Shown: positions 50,663 to 60,173 of the stretch, one piece after another
Layout: each line of letters starts with the position of its first letter
Numbering within the stretch: position 1 is the first letter of the stretch
NCBI GenBank assembly: GCA_037925075.1
Contig: JAXSNR010000001.1
Location: 384,001-448,000 of the forward strand
Source of the DNA: Aquificaceae bacterium
GTDB lineage: Bacteria; Aquificota; Aquificia; Aquificales; Aquificaceae
Length of the DNA stretch: 64,000 nucleotides
Reading direction: 5' to 3'
Translations under genes and position numbers: made by a program
Notes under the pieces: generated by a model
The model's database searches: none
What the model was told of the DNA's origin: nothing
Seen by the model: only the letters and a program-made list of their open reading frames with translations

Positions 50663-51487
50663 TTATACCATAAAGTCCTCCGCATGGTAAGAAGACCTTG
50701 CCAAGGGCTTGGAAAGAACATTTTTAAAGCCCATTTCAAATGCCATCTCTTCAAGCCTTTTGAAGTCCTCCTCATGATAGAGCCTTTTTACAGGGTAGTG
50801 TCTTGAGCTTGGTCTAAGATACTGTCCTATAACAAGAAGGGACACCCCTACGCTTCTTAGGTCTTCCATGGTTTTTATTATCTCCTCCCAGCTTTCACCA
50901 AGGCCAAGCATTATGGCAGACTTTACGGGAGATACCTTTGCTTCCGAGTAGAACTTGAGCACCTTCAGGCTTCTTCTGTAGTCTCCTTGAGGTCTAACCT
51001 CTTTGAAAACCCTCTCCACCGTTTCTATGTTATGGGAAAGTACATGGGGCTCTGCCTTTACTATCTGCTCAAGGGCTTTTTCAGAACCCTGAAAGTCTGG
51101 AGTTAGCACCTCAACTTTTAGGCTTTTGTCTCTTGACTTTAAAAACTCCACACACCTTTTGAAGTGTCCAGACCCAAAGTCCGGCAGATCATCTCTGTCC
51201 ACAGAGGTTATCACCACATGCTTTAGCTTAAGCTCTCTTACCGCATGGTAAAGTCTGAGGGGTTCTGAAGGGTCTGGGGGCTGTGGCTTCCCACTGGACA
51301 CATGACAGTACTTACAGGCTCTTGTACAGACCTTCCCTAATATTAGAAAAGTCGCTGTCTTCTTTGAAAAGCACTCTCCCATGTTGGGGCAAAGAGACTC
51401 CTCGCAGACGGTATTGAGAGAATACCTTTTTATCACCTTCAATGTTTCTCCAACAAGATCCAACTGTGGTGCCCTAACTAAGAACAT
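50663..51487 (-). CDS. lipA: Lipoyl synthase
   Basis: CEESLCPNMGEC, CTRACKYC, TSVDRDDL, RSSY. Confidence 0.95.
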   Translation of the reverse strand: MFLVRAPQLDLVGETLKVIKRYSLNTVCEESLCPNMGECFSKKTATFLILGKVCTRACKYCHVSSGKPQPPDPSEPLRLYHAVRELKLKHVVITSVDRDDLPDFGSGHFKRCVEFLKSRDKSLKVEVLTPDFQGSEKALEQIVKAEPHVLSHNIETVERVFKEVRPQGDYRRSLKVLKFYSEAKVSPVKSAIMLGLGESWEEIIKTMEDLRSVGVSLLVIGQYLRPSSRHYPVKRLYHEEDFKRLEEMAFEMGFKNVLSKPLARSSYHAEDFMV

Positions 51488-52025
51488 ACCTTAACAGCTC
51501 CCTTTTTCCTCTACCCTCTTTCGCAGAAGTAAGTATAACCTCCGCATGAGATATATCTCTGACCTTTTTAAGAGTTGAGCTAATATCCCTTTGACTTGCC
51601 TTGTCGCATTTGGTGAGGGCTATCAAGTAGGGAAGCTTAAGGCCTTCTAACCAGTGGATGCCCTCCCTATCCAGCTCGGTGGGACCTACAAGACTGTCAA
51701 TTAGTAGGACTACAAGCCTTATGTTTTTCCAACAAGTATGAAAGTATTTTTCTATCCTTCTTCTCCACTCTTCTCTCAACTCCTTTGAAACCTTAGCAAA
51801 GCCATAGCCCGGAAGGTCCACAAGATAAAGCTTATAATCCTCAAGTAAGAAGAAGTTTATGGCCCTTGTTCTTCCCGGCTCTTTGCTAACCCTTGCTATA
51901 TCCGTTCCCACAAGCATGTTTATAAGGGAAGACTTTCCCACGTTTGACCTACCCACAAAAACCACATGGGGCAGCTCATCCTGTGGAAACTCTTCCAAAA
52001 AGCTCCCCACAAACCTGACCTTCAT
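51474..52025 (-). CDS. engB: GTP-binding protein EngB/YihA/YsxC
   Basis: GRSNVGKSS, PGRT, DLPGYG, TKCD. Confidence 0.95.
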   Translation of the reverse strand: MKVRFVGSFLEEFPQDELPHVVFVGRSNVGKSSLINMLVGTDIARVSKEPGRTRAINFFLLEDYKLYLVDLPGYGFAKVSKELREEWRRRIEKYFHTCWKNIRLVVLLIDSLVGPTELDREGIHWLEGLKLPYLIALTKCDKASQRDISSTLKKVRDISHAEVILTSAKEGRGKRELLRYVLS

Positions 52026-53245
52026 ACCTTCTGCTTTTCCAAGACTTCCTTTATCTCTCCCACAAGATATAGAGAGCCAAGCACCAAAAGGTCCTCTTCT
52101 ATCTCAAGCACCTGCTCTGAGCCATCAAGGACGGTGATCTCTCTAAAGCCCAAAGCCTTTGCCCTCTCGTAAAGAATTGGCATATCTTCGCCTCTGTGAT
52201 GTCTCAGTGGGACAAGGTATATTCTGTCAGATAGCTCTCTCAGGTAGGGAAGGGAAAGCTCCCATTCCTTGTCTTTTAATGCGGTAAATACGGGAGTAAT
52301 CCTTCCCATGTGTTTTTTTACTTCTCTTACCACCCTTGCAACACCATCGGGGTTGTGGGCTCCGTCCAGCAAAAGCAAGGGCTTTTCTCTGACCACCTCC
52401 ATCCTACCTTCCCATTTTGTGGTTTTTAGGGCATCTCTTAGGGCATTTTCTTTTAGGTCTATGAGCAATCCCGCAGCCCTTATGGCAAGGCTTGCGTTAT
52501 CCACCTGATACCTTCCCCATAGACCAAGCTCCACACCATCAAGCCTTAGCCCTTCATCCTCGTAAAACTCCATAAGTGTTTTTGTACCTTCAACCCTGCC
52601 GTAGGAGAAAAAGTCAATACCTGCAACCAAAAGGTCCCTTTTGTCGCATATCTCCAAAGCCTTTGGATAGAGGGGGAACCGCATACTTCCAAGAGCTAAG
52701 GGTTTTCCCTCCCTGTATATGCCCAGTTTTTCCATAGCCCTGCTTTCACAATCCCTTCCCAGCCATTTTGTGTGGTCCCTTTGGACGTTGGTTATAACGC
52801 ATACTTCGGGCTGGCATACCTTAGTGGCATCCCATCTTCCACCCATGCCCACTTCAAATACTGCAAAATCCACCTTCTCCTCTTCAAAGTACAAAAGGGC
52901 TATAAGGGTGCATGCTTCAAAGTAGGTAAGCTCAAACTTTTCAAAAATGTGCTTTAACCTTTCCACGTATTCAGAAAGCCTTTGTTCAGATATCTTTTCT
53001 CCGTTTATCCTCCACCTTTCCCTCTCATCAAAAAGATGGGGAGAGACAAACCATCCCACCTTATAGCCATGGTGTTTAAGTATGTTCTGGGCAAAGGCAC
53101 AGGTGGAGCCCTTTCCATTAGTGCCACCCACTTGAAGGGAGATGTATGAAGGTCTAAAAGAAAGATAGCTTACAGCTTTCTCTATCCTATCCAGAGTGGG
53201 AACTATACGGTAATCTTTACCCTTGTAGAGGTCATAAAGTGGCAT
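52022..53245 (-). CDS. folC: Folylpolyglutamate synthase/dihydrofolate synthase
   Basis: GTNGKGST, SPHL, EVGMGGRWDAT, DGAHN. Confidence 0.95.
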   Translation of the reverse strand: MPLYDLYKGKDYRIVPTLDRIEKAVSYLSFRPSYISLQVGGTNGKGSTCAFAQNILKHHGYKVGWFVSPHLFDERERWRINGEKISEQRLSEYVERLKHIFEKFELTYFEACTLIALLYFEEEKVDFAVFEVGMGGRWDATKVCQPEVCVITNVQRDHTKWLGRDCESRAMEKLGIYREGKPLALGSMRFPLYPKALEICDKRDLLVAGIDFFSYGRVEGTKTLMEFYEDEGLRLDGVELGLWGRYQVDNASLAIRAAGLLIDLKENALRDALKTTKWEGRMEVVREKPLLLLDGAHNPDGVARVVREVKKHMGRITPVFTALKDKEWELSLPYLRELSDRIYLVPLRHHRGEDMPILYERAKALGFREITVLDGSEQVLEIEEDLLVLGSLYLVGEIKEVLEKQKV

Positions 53246-53259
53246 AAAGTTTAATTATA

Positions 53260-53275
53260 GCCCCCCGAAGGGGGT
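53260..53275 (-). terminator. UUCG-loop hairpin after the cold-shock gene
   Basis: CCCCC-TTCG-GGGGG on the minus strand, 5 nt after the stop; no U-tract. Confidence 0.45.
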
Positions 53276-53280
53276 AAGGT

Positions 53281-53490
53281 TTAAGACAGGACTCTTACGT
53301 TCTTTGCCCTTAAACCCTTTGTATCTTGTTCTACCTCAAACTCAACCCTTTGCCCTTGTTCAAGGGTTTTGAAGCCCCTTTGCTGTATGGCGGAGAAGTG
53401 AACGAACACATCCCCCTGATTGTCATCACGGGTTATAAAGCCATAACCCTTTTCCTTGCTGAACCATTTGACTGTGCCTGTAAGTGACAT
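53281..53490 (-). CDS. Cold-shock protein
   Basis: [21 protein letters not shown]. Confidence 0.96.
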   Translation of the reverse strand: MSLTGTVKWFSKEKGYGFITRDDNQGDVFVHFSAIQQRGFKTLEQGQRVEFEVEQDTKGLRAKNVRVLS

Positions 53491-53577
53491 GGAACAAAAA
53501 CCTCCTTAAAATAAAGTATTAATGAGCAAGCTCAGAAAGGTAGGCGCCCTCCCTTTCTTTACTTACTCTAAAACATA

Positions 53578-53622
53578 ATCATAAACCCACCTCTTGTCTT
53601 TGTCAAGGGGCAGGCATATAAT
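53578..53622. promoter_or_regulatory. Overlapping divergent sigma70 promoters (csp and tatA)
   Basis: Minus: TTGACA(53606-53601)-17-TATGAT(53583-53578); plus: TTGTCT(53594-53599)-17-TATAAT(53617-53622). Confidence 0.7.
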
Positions 53623-53644
53623 TAAAAGGCAAGGAGGTAAAAGC

Positions 53645-53824
53645 ATGCACTTTCCATTACCTTGGCAGATAGTCCTTATACTTCTTGTGGTCCTTGTTAT
53701 ATTTGGTGCTTCAAAGCTACCCGAGTTTGGTAAGGGCTTGGGTGAGGGCATAAGGAACTTCAAAAAGGCTCTTGCGGGCGAGACAGAGGAGGAGAAAAAA
53801 CCTGAAAAGAAGGAGCAGGCATGA
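53645..53824 (+). CDS. tatA: Twin-arginine translocase TatA/E subunit; start corrected to ATG at 53645
   Basis: TM + FG..KLPE.GKGLGEGIRNFKK; SD GGAGG. Confidence 0.94.
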   Translation: MHFPLPWQIVLILLVVLVIFGASKLPEFGKGLGEGIRNFKKALAGETEEEKKPEKKEQA

Positions 53825-54018
53825 TACCACAGCTCTCCTTTACTGAAATCCTGCTTATACTGGTGGTGGTTATGGTCTTGTTTGGAGCGGGTAGGCTTCC
53901 AGAGGTTGGAAGAGCCCTCGGCGAAGGCATAAGAAACTTCAAAAGGGCCTTCTCCGGTGAGGAGGAAAAGGTAAAGGAGGTAAAGGGCCAAGAAGTGAAA
54001 GAGGGAGAAAGAACTTAG
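53821..54018 (+). CDS. tatA: Second TatA/E subunit
   Basis: TM + FG..RLPE.GRALGEGIRNFK; ATGA overlap. Confidence 0.93.
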   Translation: MIPQLSFTEILLILVVVMVLFGAGRLPEVGRALGEGIRNFKRAFSGEEEKVKEVKGQEVKEGERT

Positions 54019-54431
54019 CCTTCACCTAACTTTTCCCTTACTACCCTTCCCAGTATACCGTTTACAAACCTTGCGGATTTTTTACCCGCGTACTTTTGTG
54101 CCAACTTTACATAGTCAGAAACTGTAAGCTTGGGGTTTTTCACACCCACATACAAAAACTCCGCAAGGGCTATCCTTAGTATGTTCCTTTCTATGTAGCC
54201 AACCCTGTCTATGTCCCACCCTTCTGAGAGCTCCGCTATAAGCTTGTCAATGTTGGTGGAGTTATCCATGTAGGTCCTTACCAGTTTTCTGATGTATCTT
54301 CTGTGGTCTTGTAGGCTTATGCGGTTTGCAGATATGTATTCCTCCACAAGGTCTTCCATGGGTTCGCCCTTCATATCCCACTGATAGAGGACCAAAAAGG
54401 CATCCCTTCTTGCTTTTGGCTTGTATATCAT
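54015..54431 (-). CDS. nusB: Transcription antitermination factor NusB
   Basis: [23 protein letters not shown]; follows ribH. Confidence 0.94.
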   Translation of the reverse strand: MIYKPKARRDAFLVLYQWDMKGEPMEDLVEEYISANRISLQDHRRYIRKLVRTYMDNSTNIDKLIAELSEGWDIDRVGYIERNILRIALAEFLYVGVKNPKLTVSDYVKLAQKYAGKKSARFVNGILGRVVREKLGEG

Positions 54432-54892
54432 TCAAGGTTTCTCAGAAGATTTACCATTTCTATGGTGGAAAGTGCTGCCTCCCAACCCTTGTTGCCTTGC
54501 TTTGTTCCCGCCCTTTCTATGGCTTGCTCCAAGGTGTCCGCGGTTATAATACCAAAGCTAACAGGCTTACCTGTTTCAAGGCTCACCATGGCAAGACCCT
54601 TGGCTACCTCACTGGCTATGTATTCAAAGTGAGGTGTCTGCCCTCTTATGAGAACTCCAAGGGCAATAACGCCATCCACCCTTTTCCTGTTTATGAGCTC
54701 CTTCACAGCAAGAGGGATCTCCCAAGAACCGGGAACCCTAACAAGGTGTATGTTTTCTTGGACACCTCCATGCCTGAGTATGCAGTCCATAGCACCTTCT
54801 ATAAGCCTGTCCACAAGAAGATGGTTAAACCTGCTTGCCACAATGCCAAAGCTTATACCCTCTGCCTTCAGTATACCTTCATACTTCTCCAT
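54428..54892 (-). CDS. ribH: 6,7-dimethyl-8-ribityllumazine synthase
   Basis: [34 protein letters not shown]. Confidence 0.97.
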   Translation of the reverse strand: MEKYEGILKAEGISFGIVASRFNHLLVDRLIEGAMDCILRHGGVQENIHLVRVPGSWEIPLAVKELINRKRVDGVIALGVLIRGQTPHFEYIASEVAKGLAMVSLETGKPVSFGIITADTLEQAIERAGTKQGNKGWEAALSTIEMVNLLRNLE

Positions 54893-55739
54893 CGCCTAAC
54901 CTCCAGTTATCTATTAGCCTTGTGTCACCTACCCACACGGCAAGAAGTATTCTATCACCCACCTTCGCCTCGCTAACAGGCCTCAGCTCAGGGTCTGTTA
55001 TTTCCACATAGTCTACACCCTTTACATGGGGATGCCTTAATATAAACTCTCTTATAGCTTCTTTGAGAAGGGAAGCTTCTGTGTTGCCACCCTTAAAAAG
55101 CTTCTCCGCCAGAAGAAAGGACCTGTACAGGGAAAGGGCCGACTCCCTTTCCTCTGGGGAAAGGTAGGTGTTCCTTGAACTAAGGGCGAGCCCGTCAGGG
55201 TCTCTAACTGTAGGGACAGGTACTATTTCTACAGGCAGGCTAAAGTCCTTTACAAGCCTTTGGACCACCTTGAGTTGCTGATAGTCCTTTTCTCCGAAGT
55301 AGGCTCTGTCGGGTTGTATGATGTTAAATAGCTTTAGAACCACATTACATACACCACTGAAGTGTCCTGGTCTGAACTTCCCCTCCAATATGTCCGTTAG
55401 ACCCTTTATCTCAATGCCTACCAGAGGCTTTTCTGGATACATATCCTCGTCCGAGGGAGCAAAAACCACGTCCACGCCCTCCTCCTCGCATATACTTATG
55501 TCCCTTCCTAAGTCTCTGGGGTATCTTTCATAATCCTCGCCTTCACCAAACTGGAGGGGGTTTACGTATATGCTCACTACTGTTATGTCGTTCTGCATTT
55601 TTGATTCTCTTATGAGCCTTCTGTGTCCCTCATGAAGATAGCCCATGGTGGGTACAAAGCCTATACTCTGCCTGTTTTCACACCTTATAGACTTCAGATA
55701 ATTCCTTATCTCCCTTGGCTTTTTAAAAAGTGTAGGCAT
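54879..55739 (-). CDS. panC: Pantoate--beta-alanine ligase
   Basis: [37 protein letters not shown]. Confidence 0.97.
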   Translation of the reverse strand: MPTLFKKPREIRNYLKSIRCENRQSIGFVPTMGYLHEGHRRLIRESKMQNDITVVSIYVNPLQFGEGEDYERYPRDLGRDISICEEEGVDVVFAPSDEDMYPEKPLVGIEIKGLTDILEGKFRPGHFSGVCNVVLKLFNIIQPDRAYFGEKDYQQLKVVQRLVKDFSLPVEIVPVPTVRDPDGLALSSRNTYLSPEERESALSLYRSFLLAEKLFKGGNTEASLLKEAIREFILRHPHVKGVDYVEITDPELRPVSEAKVGDRILLAVWVGDTRLIDNWRLGDGEV

Positions 55740-55772
55740 GGCACATGGTTTAAGAAGATATAATTATAGCAC

Positions 55773-56351
55773 ATGTCTGCAAAAGGCACCTTTCTTATTC
55801 TTAGAAGGTTCAGGGCGGGCGACGAAGACATAATCCTGAAGGTTTATGGAACCTGTGGGCTCACCAAGGCTTTCGTGCCCAGTGGTCTTAGGGTAGAAAA
55901 GGGACTTTTGGGATATACGGAACTCTTCAACCTTATAAGCATTGTGTACAAACAATCGGGAGGCGTAATAATCCTTCAGGACCTTCTTGAAGTGGATTTT
56001 TTGTCCTATCTATCGCTTAAAGATTACAAAAGATATGTATGGATGAGTTCTCTTGCCCTTTTTGTGGAGAGGTGGTTTTTGCAGTATGACCCTGAGCTTT
56101 TTAATATGCTCCTTTTCTACATGAGCCTAAATCCAGAAAATCATGGAGTTTTCCTACTAAGGTTTAAGTTGGAGTTTCTAAAGCGTCTTGGACTCTATAA
56201 GGAAGATATTTTTGAGGAAAAGTTCAGGGGTTTTGTGAAAAAATTGGTAGAAGAACAAGCCATAAAAAGGCTTGAAAGGCTAAGGATAAGCCAAGAGCTT
56301 CTTACAAGGCTTGACCAAGCCATAAACTTTCATCTTTCTTCTTCTTTGTAA
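55773..56351 (+). CDS. recO: DNA repair protein RecO-like (short)
   Basis: N-terminal OB-fold pattern ILRR...GDEDIIL.VY...G...A...G..ELFN. Confidence 0.65.
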   Translation: MSAKGTFLILRRFRAGDEDIILKVYGTCGLTKAFVPSGLRVEKGLLGYTELFNLISIVYKQSGGVIILQDLLEVDFLSYLSLKDYKRYVWMSSLALFVERWFLQYDPELFNMLLFYMSLNPENHGVFLLRFKLEFLKRLGLYKEDIFEEKFRGFVKKLVEEQAIKRLERLRISQELLTRLDQAINFHLSSSL

Positions 56352-56809
56352 AGCTCCAATATCCTTTGGATGATCTTAGAAGTGGAGATATCAAACTCAA
56401 ACTCAACCCTTTCCACTCTCCCACCGTAGGAAAGTACCACGTCCGCACCTACTATATCTTTTATATCCCAGTCCGCACCCTTTACAAGCACATGCGGTCT
56501 TATGCTTTTTATAAGTTCAAGGGGTGTGTCTTCTTCAAACACCACCACATAATCCACGGGTTTGAGGCTGTCAAGCAAGTAAGCCCTCATGTGCTGGGGA
56601 ACTATTGGCCTTTTTGGACCTTTTATTCTTCTTATGGAGTTATCGGAGTTTAGTCCTACCACCAACACATCACCAAAGCTCTTTGCCTTTGCAAGGTAAT
56701 GGGCATGCCCCGCATGAAGCAGGTCAAAGCATCCATTGGTAAAGACTATCTTCTTATCTTTTCTCAGTGGCTCAAGAACCTTTAAAAGCTCCTCAAGACT
56801 AAGAACCAT
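56330..56809 (-). CDS. rfaE2: D-glycero-beta-D-manno-heptose 1-phosphate adenylyltransferase
   Basis: VFTNGCFDLLHAGH, GLNSD.SI..IKG..RP, KGADW, STS.II. Confidence 0.93.
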   Translation of the reverse strand: MVLSLEELLKVLEPLRKDKKIVFTNGCFDLLHAGHAHYLAKAKSFGDVLVVGLNSDNSIRRIKGPKRPIVPQHMRAYLLDSLKPVDYVVVFEEDTPLELIKSIRPHVLVKGADWDIKDIVGADVVLSYGGRVERVEFEFDISTSKIIQRILELYKEEER

Positions 56810-58250
56810 ATCTTCTTAGCATTATGGCGGTTGAGTATATCCTTTCGTACTCCTTGGCACTCTTCTCCCAAGAGAAATCCCTTTTCATGCATCTCTTTAC
56901 TATTTCCTGCCATTCCCTTGAATGGTCGCACATTTGCATATCGTAGTAAACTCTCGCCTTTAAGAGGGCATGCATAAGGTCTTTGCTTGAATACTCCTCA
57001 AAGGTAAAGCCGTTTCCCTCGTGGGGGTTGTCTACAAAGTCCAACACCGTATCCTTTAGACCACCCGTTGACCTAACTATGGGAACAGTGCCGTACCTCA
57101 TGGCTATCATCTGTGAGATACCGCAGGGTTCAAAAAGCGAAGGCATGAGAAAAATGTCCGCACCCGCAAAGATCTTGTGGGCAAGCTCCTCGTTGTACTC
57201 TATCCTCACCCTCACGCTTTCTGGGTGCCTTTTCATAAATTCTATAAGCATGTCTTGATACTTCTCCTCGCCAGAGCCCAGAAAAACAAAATCAAAACCC
57301 TCTCTAACCGCCTCACGGATTATACCCTGAACAAGGTCAAGGCCCTTTTGTGCGGTAAGCCTTGAGACCATACCTACAAGAGGTCTTTCATTGGGTGTTT
57401 TCAGTCCAAAGGTTTCTTTAAGATACTTTTTGTTGGCCATTTTACCTTTGGAGAAGGTTTTCAGGTTGTAGTGGTGTTCTATAAACCTGTCGGATTCGGG
57501 ATTCCAAACATCGTAGTCTATGCCGTTGAGGATGCCAAAGAAGTACTTTTTCTCCCTTATAAGACCCTCAAGCCCATAGGCGTATTGCCTGAGTTCTTCC
57601 GCATAGGAAGGGCTAACGGTGGTCAAAACATCGCAAAAGGCTATGCCAGCCTTGAGAAAGTTGATCCTACCGTAAAACTCTATTCCCGTAAAAGGGTGAT
57701 AAACATCCCAAGGTAGGTTCAAAAGGGGCAAAAAATGCGGGTCGTATATGCCCTGATGGAAGGCGTTGTGTATAGTGAATATGGTGGGAATATGGTTTAG
57801 CTCTTGGTAGTATAGATTTTTGTAAAGGGGCAAAAGCCCTGTATGCCAGTCATGCACATGTATTACATCGGGTTCCAAACGAAGGTTCTTTATGACCTCA
57901 AGGCTCGCCAAGGACAGAAAGCCAAACCTGAGAGGATTATCCTCGTATTCTCCCTTTGGAGTTGAGTATATGTGTTCTCTTTTATAATACTCGGGAAAGT
58001 CCAAAAAATAGTACCTTACGTGATCCTTTATGTCCTCAAAGAGGTTAAACTCCAACCATTGGTTTGTTAAAAAAACCTTTCCCTTAGCCACATCTTTGGA
58101 CTCTACCCTTACCTTTGAGTATTTGGGCATTATTACATAGACGGTATGTCCAAGCTTGATAAGTGCCTTTGCGAGAGAATGAACCACATCTCCGAGACCA
58201 CCCGCCTTTACAAAGGCGGAGCTTTCTGAAGCGACGAACACTATTTTCAT
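56799..58250 (-). CDS. glgA: Glycogen synthase
   Basis: KAGGLGDV, HDWH, TIHN, SRLTAQKG, PSLFEPCG. Confidence 0.96.
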   Translation of the reverse strand: MKIVFVASESSAFVKAGGLGDVVHSLAKALIKLGHTVYVIMPKYSKVRVESKDVAKGKVFLTNQWLEFNLFEDIKDHVRYYFLDFPEYYKREHIYSTPKGEYEDNPLRFGFLSLASLEVIKNLRLEPDVIHVHDWHTGLLPLYKNLYYQELNHIPTIFTIHNAFHQGIYDPHFLPLLNLPWDVYHPFTGIEFYGRINFLKAGIAFCDVLTTVSPSYAEELRQYAYGLEGLIREKKYFFGILNGIDYDVWNPESDRFIEHHYNLKTFSKGKMANKKYLKETFGLKTPNERPLVGMVSRLTAQKGLDLVQGIIREAVREGFDFVFLGSGEEKYQDMLIEFMKRHPESVRVRIEYNEELAHKIFAGADIFLMPSLFEPCGISQMIAMRYGTVPIVRSTGGLKDTVLDFVDNPHEGNGFTFEEYSSKDLMHALLKARVYYDMQMCDHSREWQEIVKRCMKRDFSWEKSAKEYERIYSTAIMLRRYGS

Positions 58251-58273
58251 AGCTCCCCTTAAAATTATAGTCC

Positions 58274-59092
58274 ATGGTGGACAGCCTTCTGTTAAGATTT
58301 ATTGAAGAGGACTTGGGACGGGGAGATATAACCACAGAGGGCGTGTTCAGAGGCGAAAAGGCAAGGGGGGTTATAAGGGCAAAGGAAGGTGGAGTGCTTG
58401 CGGGTGTAGAGTTTGCCTTTAGAGTGTTCCAGCTTTTGGGAGAGGTGAGGTTGATAAGTGCCAAGAGGGACGGAGAGGAGTTTTCAAAGGGTGATGAAAT
58501 TTTGGTGGTTGAAGGTCCTGCCCATGTGCTTTTGATGGGTGAGAGGGTAGCCCTTAATTTACTTCAAAGGCTAAGCGGAATAGCAACCCTTACAAGAGAT
58601 TTTGCGAAAGCCCTTGAAGGTACCAATATAAGACTTCTTGACACAAGGAAAACCACGCCGGGCATGAGATACTTTGAAAAGTACGCGGTAAGGGTGGGTG
58701 GCGGTCTTAACCACAGGTATGCCCTCTACGATATGGTGCTTATAAAGGACAACCACAAGGTGGTGGCAGGCGGTATAAGGGAGGCGGTCAAAAGGGTAAG
58801 GGAAAGGATAAGCCCAGTTTATAAGATTGAGGTAGAGGTGGAAAGCCTTCAAGAGCTTGAAGAAGCCCTTCAGTGTGGTGTTGATATGGTTCTACTTGAC
58901 AACTTCAGCCCTGATGAGGTAAAGAGAGCGGTAGAGTTAGCAAAAGGTAGGGTTATGGTGGAGGTGTCGGGCAACATAAACCTTCGGAACATAAGGTACT
59001 ATGCGGTGGAGGGCGTGGATTTTATATCAAGTGGTGCTTTGACCCATTCAGCCAGATGGCTTGACCTGAGCATGAGGCTTTTTAGAATATAA
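58274..59092 (+). CDS. nadC: Nicotinate-nucleotide pyrophosphorylase (carboxylating)
   Basis: EDL..GDIT, ER.ALN, DTRKTTPG, LIKDNH, EVE, LLDN. Confidence 0.97.
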   Translation: MVDSLLLRFIEEDLGRGDITTEGVFRGEKARGVIRAKEGGVLAGVEFAFRVFQLLGEVRLISAKRDGEEFSKGDEILVVEGPAHVLLMGERVALNLLQRLSGIATLTRDFAKALEGTNIRLLDTRKTTPGMRYFEKYAVRVGGGLNHRYALYDMVLIKDNHKVVAGGIREAVKRVRERISPVYKIEVEVESLQELEEALQCGVDMVLLDNFSPDEVKRAVELAKGRVMVEVSGNINLRNIRYYAVEGVDFISSGALTHSARWLDLSMRLFRI

Positions 59093-59115
59093 TTATTTAG
59101 CTTAAGGAGGTTAGA

Positions 59116-59433
59116 ATGTTTCAGGTGCCTGAAGTTGGACCACAAGAAGCCAAAGAAATGCTTCGAGGGGATAAGGTTGTCCTTCTTGATGTTAGAACAC
59201 CGCAGGAACATATCCAACTTAGGATTCCCAACTCCGTGCTATTGCCCCTTGATGAGCTTAGGTATGCATACAAGGATCTTCCAAAAGATAAAACCTACAT
59301 AGTCTATTGTAGAAGTGGCGAACGAAGTGCCTTTGCGACATACTTTCTCAGGCACATGGGCTACGAAGCCTACAACCTTGCGGGTGGTATAATCCTGTGG
59401 CCCTACGAAAAGGAGTCTGGATCCCCTAAATGA
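59116..59433 (+). CDS. Single-domain rhodanese
   Basis: LLDVR, YCRSGERS, NLAGG..W. Confidence 0.92.
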   Translation: MFQVPEVGPQEAKEMLRGDKVVLLDVRTPQEHIQLRIPNSVLLPLDELRYAYKDLPKDKTYIVYCRSGERSAFATYFLRHMGYEAYNLAGGIILWPYEKESGSPK

Positions 59434-60173
59434 AAAGGCTCCTGCCTATTACCTTTCTCATAGCAGGCTGTGGCATCAAAGCAAAGCCAGAGGTGCTAAA
59501 GGACCCGGAAGTTGAAATTAAGAGGATAGGCAAAAGGGTATATGTGAGAAGCCTTTCCGGAGAGGTTCGTATAAAAGGCTTTGAAAGAGAAGGCGATTAC
59601 TGGGTAAAAGAGGAAGAAAAGCCCTTCTGTTTTGTGGTGGAAAGGATAGAGGAAGCTTCTAAAAAGTTCTGTTTGGATGGAGCCCTTAGGGAGGAGCCTT
59701 CTTTGAAACTTGTGGAAGAGGAGGGCTTTGTAAAGCTTTATCCTTCTGGCTTTGAAGCTTACAGACTGTACGAGCTTAAAAATGGCTCTATTTTACTTGA
59801 GACTTCTAAGACTTTTAGAGAGGCCATAAGGTTAGAAAAAGATTACTGGGAAAGGTGCTACGCCCTTACGGGAATAAAGGGGGGTGTGGAGAGTGAGCCC
59901 TTAAAGTTTTGCATAAAGCCAAAGCCACCGCCTCCAGTGCCTGAAGTTGAGAAGCTGGAGCTAAGAGTAGGAAAACATAGCATTTATTTAGTTTGGTTCT
60001 ACAAGGGGGAGTACAGGGAATTTGTGGTGTATAAGGACAGGAAGGAGATAGGTAGGACTACAGGCTTTTCCTTTGAGACAGAACCGCCAAAGGTAAAGAC
60101 TACCTTTACCGTAAAGGTTGTAAGCCCACTGGGCTTTGAGAGTAAGGGTATATCTGTGGATTACAATCCGTAG
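59430..60173 (+). CDS. Hypothetical lipoprotein (FN3-like beta domains possible)
   Basis: Lipobox IAGC then GIKAKP; GVES and GFES strand ends. Confidence 0.75.
   Translation: MKRLLPITFLIAGCGIKAKPEVLKDPEVEIKRIGKRVYVRSLSGEVRIKGFEREGDYWVKEEEKPFCFVVERIEEASKKFCLDGALREEPSLKLVEEEGFVKLYPSGFEAYRLYELKNGSILLETSKTFREAIRLEKDYWERCYALTGIKGGVESEPLKFCIKPKPPPPVPEVEKLELRVGKHSIYLVWFYKGEYREFVVYKDRKEIGRTTGFSFETEPPKVKTTFTVKVVSPLGFESKGISVDYNP

Noticed and set aside
53645..54018. Tandem tatA pair as an unusual repeat
   Set aside because: Ordinary paralog pair
54326..54976. 216-aa plus-strand ORF and other antisense ORFs such as 27512-28042 and 37708-38145
   Set aside because: Shadow frames opposite well-supported genes, with no protein-like motifs
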